Assembly: GCA_944384385.1 (NCBI GenBank)
Contig: CALWTG010000003.1
Span: 1-36,377 of the forward strand
DNA: 36,377 nt
Origin: an uncultured Clostridia bacterium
Lineage (GTDB): Bacteria > Bacillota > Clostridia > Christensenellales > UBA1242
Direction of reading: 5' to 3'
In this document: positions 33,609 to 36,377 of the stretch, piece by piece
How positions within the stretch are numbered: position 1 is the first letter of the stretch
Layout of the letters: every line of letters begins with the position of its first letter
The notes under the pieces: model-generated
What the model saw: the letters and a program-made list of their open reading frames with translations, nothing else
Database searches by the model: none
Told to the model about the DNA's origin: nothing
Program-made: the position numbers and the translations under genes

Positions 33609-36377
33609 TTAATTAACTAATATAAATGTAACTGGAACAATGAATTCCATTAGGGTTTCTAATGTTGCGCCCTCAGAGCAAACATATATTGTTGCAAGAT
33701 ATTTACCACTACCATCATCTTCAAAATTAAGCATAAGAGTTGAAGTCATATTATCTTCGCTTGGTCCTATTAATTCAGGTATATCTTGCCCCTCTGGTAA
33801 ACTTGTAAAATACTGATAACTATAATCTTCAAATGTTGATAACCAATTTACAGTTGCACTAACAGTTGTTTCGGTTTCAGCCATTCCAAGTTCTTCTCTT
33901 GTTACTTCAACACTTGGTCCACTTTCTCCAATAATGAAGTCCCCTAAATCAACAACACCTGTTCCAATTTCTTCTAAATCAACTTTCAAACTGATGTGTT
34001 TGTCATTTTCATTTATTACATCGTTGTTGTCTGTATCAAAACTGAATGTCATAGGATATGGTGGACGATCTTCAAATACAAAATATATTGCATAATAAGC
34101 ATTTTCAATTTTTGCGTAAACAACGACATATTTACCACCAATTATTTCAGTTATTGAGCCATCTAGATCCGTCATTATGTCCAACACAAGATTATCAAGA
34201 TTTGTTATAGGTGTTTCTTTATCCGAATAATATAGCATATCTTCATAAGCCGTATTTCCTGAAATCGCAACTTGCGTCAAATTACTCAAATCTTGTTCGC
34301 CAAAATAACCTATAAAGTAAGGGCCAATCAATGGATCATATTTCATCTTCATATTGCCTAGTGTCCCATTGTTTGAATATTCAAGATAAAGCCTTTCATT
34401 CTCATAGAAAACTTCAAACATTAAGTTCTCATAGTCTTTAACTATAATATTTATAGACCTTGTTGCAGTGTTGTCTGATGAAATTATTTTTATTGTATAT
34501 GTTCCAATTGAATTTAACTCAAAATCGTTTCTATCAACAATTTCGCCATTGAAATAATACTCAATTCTTGCATTTTCATCTTCTAAAATTATATCTAAAT
34601 CACCAAAGACATTAACTTTTTCTATTGTATAAGTATTATCAACAAACAAATCAGTTATATCTTCTTCGGTTTTTGCATCTGAGAATATTATTTGTGCATT
34701 AGTATTATTTGAAATTGTTCCATATGTTTTTATATAAGCTCTAAATGTTTTATCTTGTCCGTCAATAGAAATTACATATTCAAGCCAGCATAATGTTTTA
34801 TCCTCAGAAAATTTTATTTCTTTTGAAACAATTGGATATGTAGTATCAATTATAATATCATTTTCTTCAACAAAGGCTATATCTGAGAAATTATATTCTC
34901 CATATGAAAATTGCAAATTGTTATCAAAACTAACTATATAAGAATTTCCCCATTGATCCTCGTAATTTATCGCAATACTATTAACATATTGTGTTGGCAT
35001 TTGTTCTTCTGGGACATATTCTACTATCAAATCAAAAGTATAATTATAAGTTTTTTGATTTGCAATAAAACTATAAACAACTTTAACAGTTTGTTGTCCT
35101 TCTGTCAATGCTACTTTATTAGAACCGTTAAATGTTATACTTTGATTAGTAAAATATTCTGTATCAGTTAAATTTGGAATTGATAATTGACTATCATTTG
35201 TAACAATTGAAGCAACATTTGAATTTCCTAAATATTGCATACCATCAATTAAATTATTGAATTGATATTTAACTTTAATTAAAAATGAATATATTTCACT
35301 CTCACCCGAATAAACTTTTACAGTATAAATTTTGTCTTGAATTGTTGTGAAATCTTGAACTTCCTTTCCACTTTCATCAAAAATTTTATATGTGCAATCA
35401 GTATAACCATCTTTATATGTTAGATTTAAACTATTAATAACCCCATAAATTGTTATACTTATTTCGTCATTGTAAATGTTACATTGTGGATTATCTATAA
35501 AATTTTGTTGATAAACTTGCATTGATACCATTTCAACAGGGCAAAAGCTCATAAAACTAATTGTTAGAACTTGCAAATAATCGTTATTTTTATATAGGTA
35601 TATATAAATATAGTAATTTTCTTCATTTTCATCTATTGAAACTTCAAATGTTGGTTGTGTAATTTCAATCATTGAAGAATCGTTTTCATAATATAAATCA
35701 TATTCATTTAATAAATCTGCATTAATTGTAATAGCAAAATTGTTTTCACCTAAATCTCTACTATATTCTACATAGGTTGATGATGATGTATTAACGATTT
35801 TGTTATTGATTTCAATATTATCAAAAAATATTACATTTAAAGATATTGAATTTATATAACTTTGTGTATATTTATCTCTAATGTTCAAATAAAAATTATT
35901 AATTTCCTCAAATACAAATGTTTGTTGACCTGTTAATACATTGTCTTGACCATTATTATTAATGACAACTTCGATTACATTTACAAATTCTTCATTTACA
36001 GTGAAAGTCAATGTGCTACCTAGATGTATTGTTTGCATTTGTTGAAGTTCTTCATATGTTATACCTACCCCATCAATTGCAATGTTTGTTAATACATTAA
36101 TTCTACACTCAACATCAATAGTATCAAAAGTTTCGCCTGTTGGCATATAAATCATAATTTGAATATCATATTTTACAGTACAAGGAAAAGAGTAATCAGC
36201 GTAAAATCCGTTATAATCAGATTTGAAATTTATTGATAATGTATCACCATATTTTACGACAGGATTAGCAATAAATTCTTCATACGAAAGTGTTTGAGAG
36301 CCAACTGTTACATTTTCTACCGGTTCTATTACACACAACACTTCAATAGTTTTGTAAGCTCTTGTATCTAATGATTG
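33609..36377 (-). CDS. Large acidic beta-rich hypothetical protein, probably extracellular; 5' end outside window
   Basis: Frame stays open to the window edge beyond the track start 36341; N/D/E/I/Y/T-rich; GTYTIKIISSD-type Ig-like strands. Confidence 0.75.
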   Translation of the reverse strand, partial: QSLDTRAYKTIEVLCVIEPVENVTVGSQTLSYEEFIANPVVKYGDTLSINFKSDYNGFYADYSFPCTVKYDIQIMIYMPTGETFDTIDVECRINVLTNIAIDGVGITYEELQQMQTIHLGSTLTFTVNEEFVNVIEVVINNNGQDNVLTGQQTFVFEEINNFYLNIRDKYTQSYINSISLNVIFFDNIEINNKIVNTSSSTYVEYSRDLGENNFAITINADLLNEYDLYYENDSSMIEITQPTFEVSIDENEENYYIYIYLYKNNDYLQVLTISFMSFCPVEMVSMQVYQQNFIDNPQCNIYNDEISITIYGVINSLNLTYKDGYTDCTYKIFDESGKEVQDFTTIQDKIYTVKVYSGESEIYSFLIKVKYQFNNLIDGMQYLGNSNVASIVTNDSQLSIPNLTDTEYFTNQSITFNGSNKVALTEGQQTVKVVYSFIANQKTYNYTFDLIVEYVPEEQMPTQYVNSIAINYEDQWGNSYIVSFDNNLQFSYGEYNFSDIAFVEENDIIIDTTYPIVSKEIKFSEDKTLCWLEYVISIDGQDKTFRAYIKTYGTISNNTNAQIIFSDAKTEEDITDLFVDNTYTIEKVNVFGDLDIILEDENARIEYYFNGEIVDRNDFELNSIGTYTIKIISSDNTATRSINIIVKDYENLMFEVFYENERLYLEYSNNGTLGNMKMKYDPLIGPYFIGYFGEQDLSNLTQVAISGNTAYEDMLYYSDKETPITNLDNLVLDIMTDLDGSITEIIGGKYVVVYAKIENAYYAIYFVFEDRPPYPMTFSFDTDNNDVINENDKHISLKVDLEEIGTGVVDLGDFIIGESGPSVEVTREELGMAETETTVSATVNWLSTFEDYSYQYFTSLPEGQDIPELIGPSEDNMTSTLMLNFEDDGSGKYLATIYVCSEGATLETLMEFIVPVTFILVN

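Overview
Positions 1 to ~28.15 kb are a low-GC Bacillota-type prophage, entirely on the minus strand and running off the left edge. The rest (~28.2-36.4 kb) is host chromosome: a DUF4097-like protein, NHEJ ligase LigD, a SIMPL-like protein, a P-loop protein and a partial large acidic protein. From right to left the prophage carries regulators (RHH, XRE-HTH, stand-alone Spo0A C-terminal domain), a recombination/replication module (ERF, PD-(D/E)XK nuclease, NinB-like, SSB, ERCC4, initiator, DnaC-like loader), a C5 methyltransferase, a DedA/VTT membrane protein, a late activator, terminase, podovirus-like head/tail genes and tail fibres. The main system is a diversity-generating retroelement (target-VR1, avd, TR, RT) whose single template matches two variable repeats. 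VR1 lies in the adjacent tail-region gene (17 mismatches in 125 nt, all at TR adenines). VR2 lies 20 kb away in a small paralog embedded in the DNA replication operon (7 mismatches in 107 nt, all at TR adenines). Each VR has its own downstream GAAA-loop hairpin. Other observations: a promoter-plus-terminator antisense sRNA, apparent absence of GATC in the prophage, a possibly multispecific methyltransferase, and a tRNA-like element in the late operon. All family calls come from motif recognition by eye; no searches were run.
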